Shown here in pieces: positions 22,304 to 31,897 of a stretch of DNA of 64,000 bases. The DNA is from an uncultured Chloroflexia bacterium (lineage in GTDB: Bacteria; Chloroflexota; Chloroflexia; Thermomicrobiales; UBA6265), in assembly GCA_963724295.1 (NCBI GenBank), contig CAVRUC010000002.1, positions 128,001 through 192,000 of the forward strand, given 5' to 3'. The notes beneath the pieces are model-generated. The model was not told the origin of the DNA, made no database searches, and saw only the letters and a program-made list of their open reading frames with translations. How positions within the stretch are numbered: the stretch's first letter is position 1; the number at the start of each line of letters is the position of its first letter. A program made the translations under genes and the position numbers.

Positions 22304-22470
22304 AGTCGGTCAGTCGGTAAGTCGGTCAGTCGAGGAGTCGAGGAGTCGAGGAGTCGAGGAGTCGAGAAGGTACGTCTCCGTTCTCCCTTCACCCCCTGAG
22401 CGCAGCGACACCCCCTAGGCGGCGCAGCCGCCGACACCCCCTAACGGCACCCCCTAGCCGAAGGCGACGC
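22304..22470. repeat. octamer tandem repeats plus ACCCCCTA units
   Basis: AGTCGGT(C/A) x3, AGTCGAGG x5, then ACCCCCT(A/G) x4 interleaved with GCGCAGC/GCCGAAGGC hairpins. Confidence 0.85.
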
Positions 22471-22619
22471 TCCTTACACCCTACCACCCCCGGCACGCTG
22501 TAGACTTTCGGGTTGGTGTCTGCCTGCCGGGAATGAGCCGGCATGGGCGTTGCGAGAGGCGACGCGCCGGTGACTGCCGGCGTGGGGGTGGCGCCTCGGT
22601 CGTGGATGCGGAGGTCCAG

Positions 22620-23552
22620 TTGAACCGAAACAGGGTTCGGCGCACCGGCGCGATGATGGCCATGACTTCGTTCGCGCTCGTCATGCTCGCCGCGTGTGGC
22701 GCTGGCGGCGCTGAAGAAGTGCACGAGGATGTCACGCGCGTCCCGACCATGAGCGATGCCGCTGCCCAGGCGACACGCGAGGCCGCCAGCGCGCCCGCGG
22801 CCACTCCCGGCGCCGAGGGCGGGACTCCGGTAGCCGGAGCCACTCCCGCCGCTACGGGTGATGTGCCCACCACGGCGGCCACGGCAGTCGAGGTGGTGTC
22901 ATTTGACATCTACTTCGAGCCGAGCGAGGTCACCATCCCGGCCAATACCGACGTCACGGTGAACCTGCCCAATCAGGGCGTCACGCCGCATAACTTCTCG
23001 ATCGACGCTCTCGGGATCGACGTCGACATCGCTCCAGGCGCAACCGAGCAGGTCGTCATCAACGCGCCGGCCGGAGAGTATGAGTACTACTGCAACGTGC
23101 CCGGGCATAAGCAGGCCGGCATGGTCGGCACGCTGATCGTCTCGGAGGATGCGGCCGCCGCGCCGGCCGGTGCGGCAACGCCCGCCGGTTCCCCGGCGGC
23201 GGCAGCGGCTGGGCAGGATGCGGCAGCAGGTGATGCCACCCCCGCCGCGGCTGGGGAGGAGCAGGCTGCCGGAGCAGGCGCGAGTGAGGCGGTGGAGGTG
23301 GTGTCACTAGACATCTTCTTCGAACCGGCCGAGCTGACCATCGCGGCCGATACCGACGTCACCGTGCAACTGCCCAACGAGGGGGTGACGCCGCACAACT
23401 TCAGCATCGACGAGCTGGGGATCGACGTCGACATCGCCCCGGGAGCCACCGAGGAGACGGTCATCAACGCCCCGGCTGGCACCTACGAGTACTACTGCAA
23501 CGTGCCGGGGCATAAGCAAGCGGGGATGGTTGGCACCCTGACTGTCGGGTAA
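22620..23552 (+). CDS. lipoprotein with two tandem cupredoxin (type 1 copper) domains
   Basis: lipobox LAAC; two copies of PHNFSID...YYCNVPGHKQAGMVGTL (His, Cys, His, Met ligands); TTG start after GGAGG. Confidence 0.9.
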   Translation: MNRNRVRRTGAMMAMTSFALVMLAACGAGGAEEVHEDVTRVPTMSDAAAQATREAASAPAATPGAEGGTPVAGATPAATGDVPTTAATAVEVVSFDIYFEPSEVTIPANTDVTVNLPNQGVTPHNFSIDALGIDVDIAPGATEQVVINAPAGEYEYYCNVPGHKQAGMVGTLIVSEDAAAAPAGAATPAGSPAAAAAGQDAAAGDATPAAAGEEQAAGAGASEAVEVVSLDIFFEPAELTIAADTDVTVQLPNEGVTPHNFSIDELGIDVDIAPGATEETVINAPAGTYEYYCNVPGHKQAGMVGTLTVG

Positions 23553-23574
23553 CGGGTCCTTGTCGCGACGAAGG

Positions 23575-23641
23575 TGTCGGGGTGTCAGGGTGTTAGGAAG
23601 ATCGAACCGGACTCCTCGCCACCCTGCCACCCTGTCACCCC
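23575..23641. repeat. inverted octamer repeat hairpin
   Basis: GGTGTCGG/GGTGTCAG/GGTGTTAG facing CCCTGCCA/CCCTGTCA. Confidence 0.65.
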
Positions 23642-23761
23642 AATTGCCGTAAGCCGAACCCCAAACGCCCCGTGGCACGGTTCTCGCTGGCCGTCCGCCA
23701 CAGGGCGTCTCCATTTGGCAGAATGGTCGCCGGAGAGTCCGCGCTGGTTAGGAGGCACGCC

Positions 23762-25274
23762 ATGACCACGACCTATCCCATGCTCCCCTTCACGTCGCTT
23801 GACGAATTGCTCGCGGCCCTGCGACGGCATCGTTCGCATCGACGCGGGCGGAGGTCCGGCTCAGGCCGGAGTCGAGATCCTCGATGCCGCCGGATTTCGC
23901 GACCGGCTGATCGATCGCCTGATCGCCACCGCCGTCTTCGCCGAGGGACCGGAGCGCGACGCCGCCCGCTGGGTCATCCGCGTGGCCGCACCCGCGCTGG
24001 GCGCCTGGCCCGCCTCGATCCACCCCCTCTACATGGCCGCCGGCCGTGGCGAATACGCCAACCGCACCGCTCCGGCAATCAACGTGCGCGGACTCGCCTA
24101 CGACACCATGCGCGCCGTCTACCGCGCCGCGCGCGCCAACGACTGCAAGATCATGCTCTTCGAGCTGGCCCGCTCCGAGATGTCCTACACCCAGCAGCGA
24201 CCGGGCGAGTACGCCAGCAATGCGCTGGCCGCGGCGATCAAGGAGGGGTATCAGGGGCCGGTCTTCATCCAGGGCGACCACTACCAGATCAGCGCCAAGA
24301 ACTGGGCTGGCGACTCTGACCGCGAGCTGAATGCCCTGCGCGAGCTGACCGGCGAGGCGATCGCGGCCGGCTATCTCAATATCGACATCGATGCCTCGAC
24401 CATCGTCGATGTCTCGCTGCCGACACTTGCCGAGCAGCAGCAGCTCAACGCCCACCTGACCGCGGTCTTCACCGAGTTCATCCGGGAGCAGGAGCCGGCC
24501 GGGGTCACCGTCTCTATCGGCGGCGAGATCGGCGAGGTCGGACAGCGCAACTCGACCGTGCAGGAGCTGCACGCGTTCATGACCGCTTACATGACGGAGC
24601 TGCAAGACCGGGAGCGGATGCTGCGGCGCGACCTGGCGGGAATCTCCAAGATCAGCGTCCAGACCGGCACCTCCCACGGCGGCGTCGTTCTGCCGGACGG
24701 CACGATCGCCGACGTCGCGGTCGACTTCGACACCCTGGGGCAGCTTTCGGAGGTGGCCCGCATCGACTACGGGCTGGGCGGCGCGGTACAGCACGGCGCC
24801 TCGACCCTGCCCGAGGTCGCGTTCGGGCGCTTCGCGGACGCCAACGCCATCGAGGTGCACCTGGCGACCGCCTTCCAGAACCAGATCTTCGAGCACCCCG
24901 CGTTTCCGGCCGATCTGAAAGACGAGATCTACGCCTATCTCTCCGCCAACCACGCCGACGAGCGCAAGGAGGGGCAGACCGACGCCCAGTTCTTCTACGG
25001 CGCGCGCAAGCGAGCCTTCGGTCCCTTCAAGCGGCAGTTGTGGGATCTCCCGGTCGAGACCCGGGACCGCATCGCCGGCGACCTGGAAGCGAGCTTCAGC
25101 CTCCTCATGCAGCGCCTGGGCGTGGCCGGCAGCGCCGAGCTGGTCGATCGCATCGTCCCTCGCGTCGACGTCCCGGCCCCGATGCCGGACGCCCTGGCCG
25201 CCACCCTGGCCGGCGAGGTCGTCATGGCCGGAGCCCGTGCCGAGGCGACGCTGGAGGAGGTCGAGGGAGAGTAG
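23762..25274 (+). CDS. class II fructose/tagatose-bisphosphate aldolase family; apparent frameshift near 23820
   Basis: PAINVRG, ARSEMSYTQQRP, FIQGDH, NIDIDAST, GGEIGEVG, QTGTSHGG, VQHGASTLP; AGGAGG RBS before ATG 23762, which is out of frame with the body. Confidence 0.88.
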
Positions 25275-25478
25275 GATGCGAGGCATCAGACCCGACGCGC
25301 GAAAATGGATCCTGCAGCACACGTCCGCGAGTCATTGTGAATTTCTAGCCGGCACCCATTGGCCAGCGTTGCATCCGCAGACCTGAGGAGCCAACGAGGC
25401 ATGTCCGAGCAAGACGCACGTCGCGTCAACTTGACGAGACTTGCGAGGCAGCGGAGAGGGTTTGGAGGAATTGCCGTC

Positions 25479-26028
25479 ATGACACGCTTCTGCAGTCGTC
25501 AGGTTCGGTTGCCAGCGCTAGCACTCGTACTGTCGGTGTTCCTATTGGTTCCGCCGATGGTCGCCGCACAGGCCGTGGAACAGTCCGTGCGGGGAGGAGG
25601 CGCCTGCGGACAATTACCAGTCGCAGGGTGTCGGCCTCACCGTGCCCGAGCTGACGGCGTTGTACGGGCCAAACGACGTTGGACAGGGGTCGATCTTCTT
25701 CGAAATGGATGGGGTCCAATTGCACAAGATCAATTGCGACCTGATTCTGGGATTCCCCCAGGATTGGAGCGCCGAGCAGGTGGATGAGATCGCGCTGGCG
25801 GAATCGCTGCTGCCGGCCGATGCGGAGCTCGTCGGGAACATCGCGCTCGGCACGACCATTCTGAATAATCGAGGCCAACACCCTGTGGCGAAGTCCATCC
25901 TTGGCCGACCGGTTCGCGAGCATGGACGAGAACCGCGGTGGGGAGATCCTCATCGTCTACACCTATGAGCAGATGGGGACGGCAATGCCATACGCGTGGA
26001 GTTGCGCACGCTCAAGCTGCCGGAGTAA
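25479..26028 (+). CDS. secreted hypothetical protein, paralog A (several apparent frameshifts)
   Basis: signal peptide ending VAA-Q; pieces GLTVPELTALYGP, NCDLIL, LLPADAELVG, LADRF, ILIVYTY, RVELRTLKLPE align with the next gene. Confidence 0.6.
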
Positions 26029-26086
26029 CTCGGACTTCCGGGGTCCGCACCAGCTAAAAGCGAAGATCGACGGGAAGGAGAAAGCC

Positions 26087-26648
26087 ATGGCAGTTCGCCG
26101 CATGTCTGCCGGGCTCCATCGTTGTCCTTCTCCTCATCATGGGCGCTCAAATCGATGCCGGCACGCCGGTCCTCGCCGCCCAGGGAGGACTTCCCTGCGA
26201 CGTTCAGGCTGTGCCTGAGGACGATCTCGCGTCGGCGGCGCTGGGGCTGACCCGGTCCGAGCTTGACCGGCTCTACGGTCCCGGAAACGCGGTGCAGACT
26301 GGCTGGTTGTACGAGTTTGACGAGTTTGACCTGACGCTGGCCAACTGCGATCTCATTCTGTCCATCGATCCGGACGGTCAGTTCGCCGATCCCGATGCCG
26401 CCAGCGGTCTGGTGCGCACACTCCTGCCGGAGGATGCTGTGTTGGCCGGAACCTGGCACTTCGGCACGCTGCAGAGCGCGCCACAGGAGGCCGACGAGTG
26501 GGTCAGCGCCGAGCTGGCGGCGCGATACCGATTGCTGGGCGAACCGCTGACGGGATCGGTGCTGGTCCTCTACACCTACGCCGGCGATGCCTACAACCCT
26601 GGTTCCATCGTTCACATCGAGCTGCGTCCAGCGGCGATCCCGGAGTAG
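26087..26648 (+). CDS. secreted hypothetical protein, paralog B (apparent frameshift in signal region)
   Basis: AAGGAG RBS; GLTRSELDRLYGP, NCDLIL, LLPEDAVLAG, LAARY, VLVLYTY, HIELRPAAIPE. Confidence 0.7.
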
Positions 26649-26692
26649 CGTCGGCGACAGGTGATATCGAGAGATCAACCGGCGAGGATCTG

Positions 26693-27521
26693 ATGCCCCT
26701 GGCAACGAATGGGCCCGCGGAACTGGTTGCGGACGCGTTCGGCAGAATTACGGAGGTGGACGCGGTAGCGTTGGCTGGTTCCGGGGTCACCGGAGCCGCC
26801 GATGAGCAGTCCGACCTCGATCTCTATGTCTACGCGGAAGCGCCCATCGACATAACAGATCGGACCGCCATTGCGACCGAGTTTCGCCACCCGCGCTGAA
26901 GTTGGCAACGACTTCTGGGAGCCGGGCGACGAGTGGATCGACGCCCAAACAGGGCGTCACGTCGACATCATGTACCGGACGCCGGTCTGGATCGAAGAGC
27001 AGCTGGAGCGGGTGCTCGTTCGTCATGAGGCGTCGGTCGGCTATTCGACCTGCTTCTGGCACAACGTCCTGCACTCCACACCGCTGTTTGACCGTTCTGG
27101 TTGGTATCACGATCTCCAGGCGGCGGCAACAAGGCCATATCCGCGCCCATTGCAGCGCGCCATCATCGCCAGGAACTACCCGATCCTGCGGCAGACGCTC
27201 TCCTCGTACCTGGTGCAGATCGAGCGCGCTATGCGGCGGGGTGACAGCGTGAGCATCCAGCACCGGGTCACGGCGCTGCTGGCGAGCTATTTCGATATCC
27301 TCTTCGCCGTCAACGAGCTGCCGCACCCGGGAGAGAAGCGCCTGCTTCAGATCGCGGCGACGCGCTGCCCCAAGACGCCATCACATATGGAGACCCACAT
27401 CAACAGTCTCCTGGAGATGGCGGCGCGCCCGGCGACTCCGGCTGTTGTCGAGCACATCAATGTGCTCCTCGACGGCTTCGATGTGTTTCTGAAGGACAAC
27501 GAACTCCTGCCAACCGGCTGA
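26693..27521 (+). CDS. nucleotidyltransferase-domain protein (DUF4037-like); apparent +1 frameshift near 26883
   Basis: ALAGS...DEQSDLDLYVY (GS, DxD) then FWEPGDEW, DIMYR, GYSTCFWHN, HPGEKRL. Confidence 0.85.
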
Positions 27522-27604
27522 TCCGGCTGGAAGAGCGTTCAGGAGTCGTACCATCCTGAGTGCTGTGACCCAAAGAGGGTGTCATTCCAAGCCCGCAGAC
27601 CGTG

Positions 27605-27672
27605 TGTCACTCTGAGCCCGCAGGCGAGGAATCTCGAGTCTCAGGAACCACCACGACCGGCGATATTCCTCG
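27605..27672. repeat. REP-like element, GTCAT family
   Basis: TGTCACTCTGAGCCCGCAGGCGAGGAATCTCG...CGATATTCCTCG; partial copy also at ~27580. Confidence 0.6.
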
Positions 27673-27786
27673 AACTGGTTTCATCAATGGTTGGGTGCTC
27701 TTCACCGGGGCGAGCGGCCTGAGCGCTGCTGTGAGACCATGACGGTCCGGCACCCGCATTGACCGCGCAGGTGAAAGGAGCGCAGC

Positions 27787-28155
27787 ATGGCACGCGTCAC
27801 GGTCCCGTTCGCTGACCTTCCGCTGCTCGTCTCGCCGAGCCGCGGACCGATCGCAGGACGCCACCTCTTCGAGGGCCGCGCCTTCGGGTTGGCTCAACTC
27901 ACCGTGGTCGTCGGGGAATCGCACCCCGGGCAGGGCGTGCCCCTCCACCACCACGACTGCGAGGAGCTCATCATCGTCCACACCGGGCGGGGCACCTACA
28001 CCGTCGGCGACGCGACCGTCGAGGTCGGAGCCGGCGAGGTGGTCGTGATCCCGTCCGGTGTGCCGCACCGCTGGGTCAACCACACCCAGGAGCCCCTGGT
28101 CCACACCGCCGTCTTCCCGACCGACCGCTTCGCCCTGGAGGAACTCGAAGGCTAG
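27787..28155 (+). CDS. cupin domain protein
   Basis: PGQGVPLHHHDCEE...GEVVVIPSGVPHRW; AAAGGAG RBS. Confidence 0.92.
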   Translation: MARVTVPFADLPLLVSPSRGPIAGRHLFEGRAFGLAQLTVVVGESHPGQGVPLHHHDCEELIIVHTGRGTYTVGDATVEVGAGEVVVIPSGVPHRWVNHTQEPLVHTAVFPTDRFALEELEG

Positions 28156-28223
28156 CGACGCGACCGCCGCCTGTGGCGTCAGTCCCCGATGCCATCCGCA
28201 AGCGCTACGATTTATGAAACCGT

Positions 28224-28250
28224 TTCCTCGTGCAACTCCCTCGGAATGAC
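28224..28250. repeat. REP-like element, GTCAT family (inverted)
   Basis: TTCCTCG...CTCGGAATGAC, reverse complement of GTCATTCCGAG...CGAGGAA. Confidence 0.55.
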
Positions 28251-28355
28251 CCCTGTCCAGTGTAAATGACTGAACCCGCAGGTGAACGTGCACTTGCAGA
28301 ATCTCGTCTCATCAAGTGTGGACGTCCGCGGCCAACTGGAGGCTAGGCACACGCA

Positions 28356-30011
28356 ATGAGCCCATCCGAAAGCGACGGGGTCGCAAGCTCCCGGGATCCG
28401 GACGCCAACGGCTCCTCGAACGGCGTCACTGGCCCTTACCCGGAGCTCGATGGCGCGACGATTGTCGACCTGGGCTCGAGGCTCCGTGGTGGTGACCTAT
28501 CGGTTCGGGAGCTCGTCGAGCAGCACCTCGCGCGGATCGAGGCGCTCGACCGACAGGGTCCGCGTCTCCTCAGCGTGATCGAGGTCAATCCCGAAGCGAT
28601 GGATATCGCGGACGACCTCGACCACGAGCTGCGCACACGTGGGCCGCGCGGGCCATTGCACGGCATCCCCGTGCTGCTGAAGGACAACATCGACACCGCT
28701 GACCAGATGCTCACGACCGCCGGCTCCCTGGCCCTCGTGCATTCGCGACCACGCCAGGACGCCTTCGTTGCCCAGCGGCTGCGAGAGGCGGGCGCTCTGC
28801 TGCTGGGCAAGACGAACATGAGCGAATGGGCCAACTTCCGCTCGTCGCGCTCCTCCAGCGGTTGGAGCGCTCGCGGTGGCCAATGCCGCAACCCGTACGA
28901 CCTCAACGTCTCGCCCTGTGGCTCCAGCTCCGGCTCGGCTGTCGCCATCGCCGCGAGCCCTGGCCACTGTGGCGGTCGGGACCGAAACCGACGGCTCGAT
29001 CGTCTGCCCCGCCTCCGTCAATTCGGTCGTCGGCATCAAGCCGACGCTCGGCCTGGTCAGCCGGGCCGGAGTGATTCCCATCGCCCACAGCCAGGACACC
29101 GTCGGCCCCTTCGGGCGGACCGTCGCCGACGCGGCCGCACTCCTTGGGGTGTTGACCGGGGCTGACCCCCGCGATGCGGCAACCACGAATGGCCCAAGCC
29201 CGGGAACGCCGGGAGAATCACGAAGTGGATTCAGCGACTACTCGCGGTTCCTCGATCCGGAGGGCCTGCGCGGCGCCCGCATCGGCGTGCCTCGCACGGT
29301 CTATTGGGGGAACAGCGAGAAGAGTGATGCCATCGCCGAGGCCGCCGTTGGACGCTGATGCGCCAGCTCGGCGCCGAGATCATCGATCCGGCCGATATCC
29401 CTACGGCCGAGGCAATGCTGGAAGAGCCGGGAGAGTGGGAAGTCCTCTGGTACGAGTTCAAGCACGACCTCAACGCCTATCTGGCCGAACGCAACGATCC
29501 AACGATCCGCAGCCTCAAGGACCTCATTCGGTTCAACGAGGAGCATGCCGGGAAAGAGCTTCGCTACTTCGGCCAGGAGCACTTCCTGCGAGCTCAGGAG
29601 AAAGGGCCGCTCACGGACCCGGCCTATCTGGATGCTCTGGCCAGGAATCATCGCCTCTCCCGCCGGGAGGGGATCGATGCCGTGATGGAGCAGTACCAGC
29701 TCGACGCGCTGGTGACGCCGACACAAGGACCGCCATGGGCAATCGACCTGGTCGATGGGGATCATGGTTTGGGACCGACGAGCTCCACGCCGGCTGCGCT
29801 GGCCGGCTATCCCATCGTCAGCGTTCCTGCCGGCTATACCTTCGAGCGACCGGTCGGCATCAGCTTCCTCGGGCGGCCGTACAGCGAGCCAATCCTGATC
29901 CGGCTGGCATACGCTTTCGAGCAGGCGGCGTGCGTCCGGCGGCCTCCGCGCTTCCTCTCCGCTCGCACCGAAGAGCTGGCAACGGGCCTGACCGTGACGG
30001 TTTCCAGCTGA
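28356..30011 (+). CDS. amidase signature family enzyme; two apparent frameshifts (~28958, ~29352)
   Basis: GPLHGIPVLLKDNI, GKTNMSEWANFRS, CGSSSGS, GTETDGSIVCPA, AGYPIVSVPAG, AYAFEQA. Confidence 0.92.
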
Positions 30012-30045
30012 CCCGGAGACTCCCCAAAGCGCATTGCGCGCATCG

Positions 30046-30076
30046 TGTCGTCCCGAGCGCACGAGGGATCTCGTCG
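30046..30076. repeat. REP-like element, GTCAT family
   Basis: TGTCGTCCCGAGCGCACGAGGGATCTCGTCG, close to the copy at 1194. Confidence 0.65.
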
Positions 30077-30110
30077 TGGCGCTCAACGTGCGCTGGGTCC
30101 CCAACACGAA

Positions 30111-30143
30111 ACCGACCCGGGCGTTCGCCGCGCCCGGGTCGGT
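30111..30143. terminator. hairpin terminator between convergent genes
   Basis: ACCGACCCGGGCG/CGCCCGGGTCGGT 13-bp stem. Confidence 0.7.
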
Positions 30144-30164
30144 AGTGCTATGCGGACCTGGCTC

Positions 30165-31037
30165 CTAGCTGGAGGCGGGTGTGGCGCTCCCGGCCTCCTC
30201 GCCCTCCTCGGCATGGTGCGGCTCATCACCGAACTGCATGCCTGGGGTCACGATGTACCAGACGTCGCCCACGTCCTGGCCAGTCGTATCGCCCGGTGCG
30301 GCATCCTTGGCAAAGTAGTAGAGCGGAATATCGTTGTAGGCCATCTGTTGCGACCCGTCGGTGCGCTCGATCGCGGTTAGGGCGCCGGGGATCCCCGGCG
30401 GCAACATCATGCCGTCCGCGGCCGGTACCGGCGGCCAGGCCGCGGCGCAATCGTCATAGCAGGTGCTCTCTCCGGGCGTCACATCTTCGGTGAAGAGGTA
30501 GACGGTCATCCCCTCGGCATCCGTCAGGAAGGGCCCCAGTTCCTCTGTGAATCCGACCTGCACGCTCGACGCCGGGACAGGAGTGCCCTGACCCGGAGCG
30601 GCCGCATATGGTCCGTGGGTTGCGCCAGGCGGGACGATGAACCACACGCCACCCACGCCCTGCCCGTTGATATCACCTGGCTGCTCATCCCCTGCGTAGT
30701 AATAGAGTGGGATGTCGTTGTACGCCACCTGCTGGGTGCCATCGGTGCGCTCGATGGTGGTCAGCTCGCCCGGCACACCGGCCGGCAGGCTCATCCCCTC
30801 CGCTGGCTCGAGGATCGGCCAGGCCTCGGCGCACTCGTCATAGCAGGTGCTTTCACCCGGCGTGGTATCAGGCGTGAAGAGGTAGAGCGTGTTCCCCTCG
30901 GCATCGGTCAGAAACGACCCCACCGCGGGATCTTGAGCGATCGCGAGAAAAGCTTCGTCTTGCGCGGTGGCGCCGTGGACCGCTAGTGGCAGCGCCAGCG
31001 CGAGGGTGACGACGAACAACCGGAGCCAACGCATCAT
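30165..31037 (-). CDS. secreted repeat protein, COG4315/Lipoprotein_15 (Y-x4-D) family
   Basis: signal peptide; two copies of LTDAEGxTxYLF...STCYDxCAxAWP...IERTDGxQQxAYNDIPLYYxAxD...GQxVGxVW. Confidence 0.9.
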   Translation of the reverse strand: MMRWLRLFVVTLALALPLAVHGATAQDEAFLAIAQDPAVGSFLTDAEGNTLYLFTPDTTPGESTCYDECAEAWPILEPAEGMSLPAGVPGELTTIERTDGTQQVAYNDIPLYYYAGDEQPGDINGQGVGGVWFIVPPGATHGPYAAAPGQGTPVPASSVQVGFTEELGPFLTDAEGMTVYLFTEDVTPGESTCYDDCAAAWPPVPAADGMMLPPGIPGALTAIERTDGSQQMAYNDIPLYYFAKDAAPGDTTGQDVGDVWYIVTPGMQFGDEPHHAEEGEEAGSATPASS

Positions 31038-31189
31038 GATGCTGTCCCTCCTCAGGCTTCGCGGAACATGAGACCGCAACGGTGGTCTATTTCGAGCCAC
31101 ACGATCGAAAGTAGCAATCGTCGCGCGCCCGCGCAACCGCCAAAGGTCGCATCACGCATCCGACTTTGGTCGCACTGATCGAGCGAATT

Positions 31190-31362
31190 GTCGCGGGTGC
31201 AGCGCCGTGCATGTCGTTCGAGATACGGGTCGGTGACCTGCGACCCTCCGGAAGAATCCGACCCACAAAGCCGAACGCCGACAAGGTAGGCGCTTGCGCG
31301 CTTTCCCCGTCGGCGTTGGCTGCACCGCGCGTCCGGAGTTGCCTCCGTCCGCGTCTGGTGTA
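31190..31362 (-). ncRNA. candidate structured RNA (leader/riboswitch or sRNA), family not recognised
   Basis: several helices, two GCAA tetraloops, a tandem GA/GA internal loop and G-U pairs that work only on the minus strand; directly downstream of a sigma70-type promoter. Confidence 0.55.
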
Positions 31363-31368
31363 TGAGTG

Positions 31369-31397
31369 AACGTACACCCTGCATGTCAGATTGTCAA
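31369..31397 (-). promoter_or_regulatory. sigma70-type promoter
   Basis: minus strand TTGACA (31397-31392), 17-nt spacer, TACGTT (31374-31369). Confidence 0.7.
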
Positions 31398-31498
31398 TAC
31401 TCTGTACTCGCTCGCAGAAAAGTCGGACCCGAATCGACGGCGTAGTCGGTCGCGACGGCGTCACCAACTGCTCGGCTTTTTCGCCTCCGAGTAGAGAC

Positions 31499-31897
31499 TC
31501 ACGACGGCAACGCCTTGCTGATCATGGACCCGGTTTGGGACATACCGGCCCTCAGGACCGTCAGCGCGAGTAGGGCGCACTCGAGGCGGGCGGGGGTGAG
31601 GGGTACGTCGATCGCCGCGAGGAGGTCGTCCTCGGTCAGCGCCTCGATGTCGTCGAGGGTCATGGTCGCGATCAGCTCGGTGAGGACCGAGGCCGAGGCC
31701 TGGCTGACCGCGCAGCCCCGGCCAGAGAAGGCGACCTCGGCGACGCGATCGCCGTTGACCCGGATATCGATGCGGACTTCGTCGCCGCAGACCGAGCCGG
31801 CGTCCTCGTAGCTGTAATCAGCTGGCTCGAGGATGCCCCGATTCCGCGGGTTTATTGCGTGGTCGAGGACCTTGCCCTGGTAGATGCCCCCGCTCAT
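31499..31897 (-). CDS. sufU: SufU/IscU-like Fe-S assembly protein
   Basis: LDHAINPRNRG, VCGDEV, FSGRGCAVSQASAS, ARLECALL; ATGA overlap with sufS. Confidence 0.88.
   Translation of the reverse strand: MSGGIYQGKVLDHAINPRNRGILEPADYSYEDAGSVCGDEVRIDIRVNGDRVAEVAFSGRGCAVSQASASVLTELIATMTLDDIEALTEDDLLAAIDVPLTPARLECALLALTVLRAGMSQTGSMISKALPS

Noticed and set aside
26693..27521. MNT-HEPN toxin-antitoxin or CBASS-type nucleotidyltransferase
   Set aside because: The two ORF pieces join into one protein after a single-base fix; no toxin or effector neighbour
31227..31264. SRP RNA or ZTP riboswitch on the plus strand
   Set aside because: Only short word matches (TCCGGAAG, GGGTCG.TGAC); conserved flanks are missing, and G-U pairs and GNRA loops favour the minus strand
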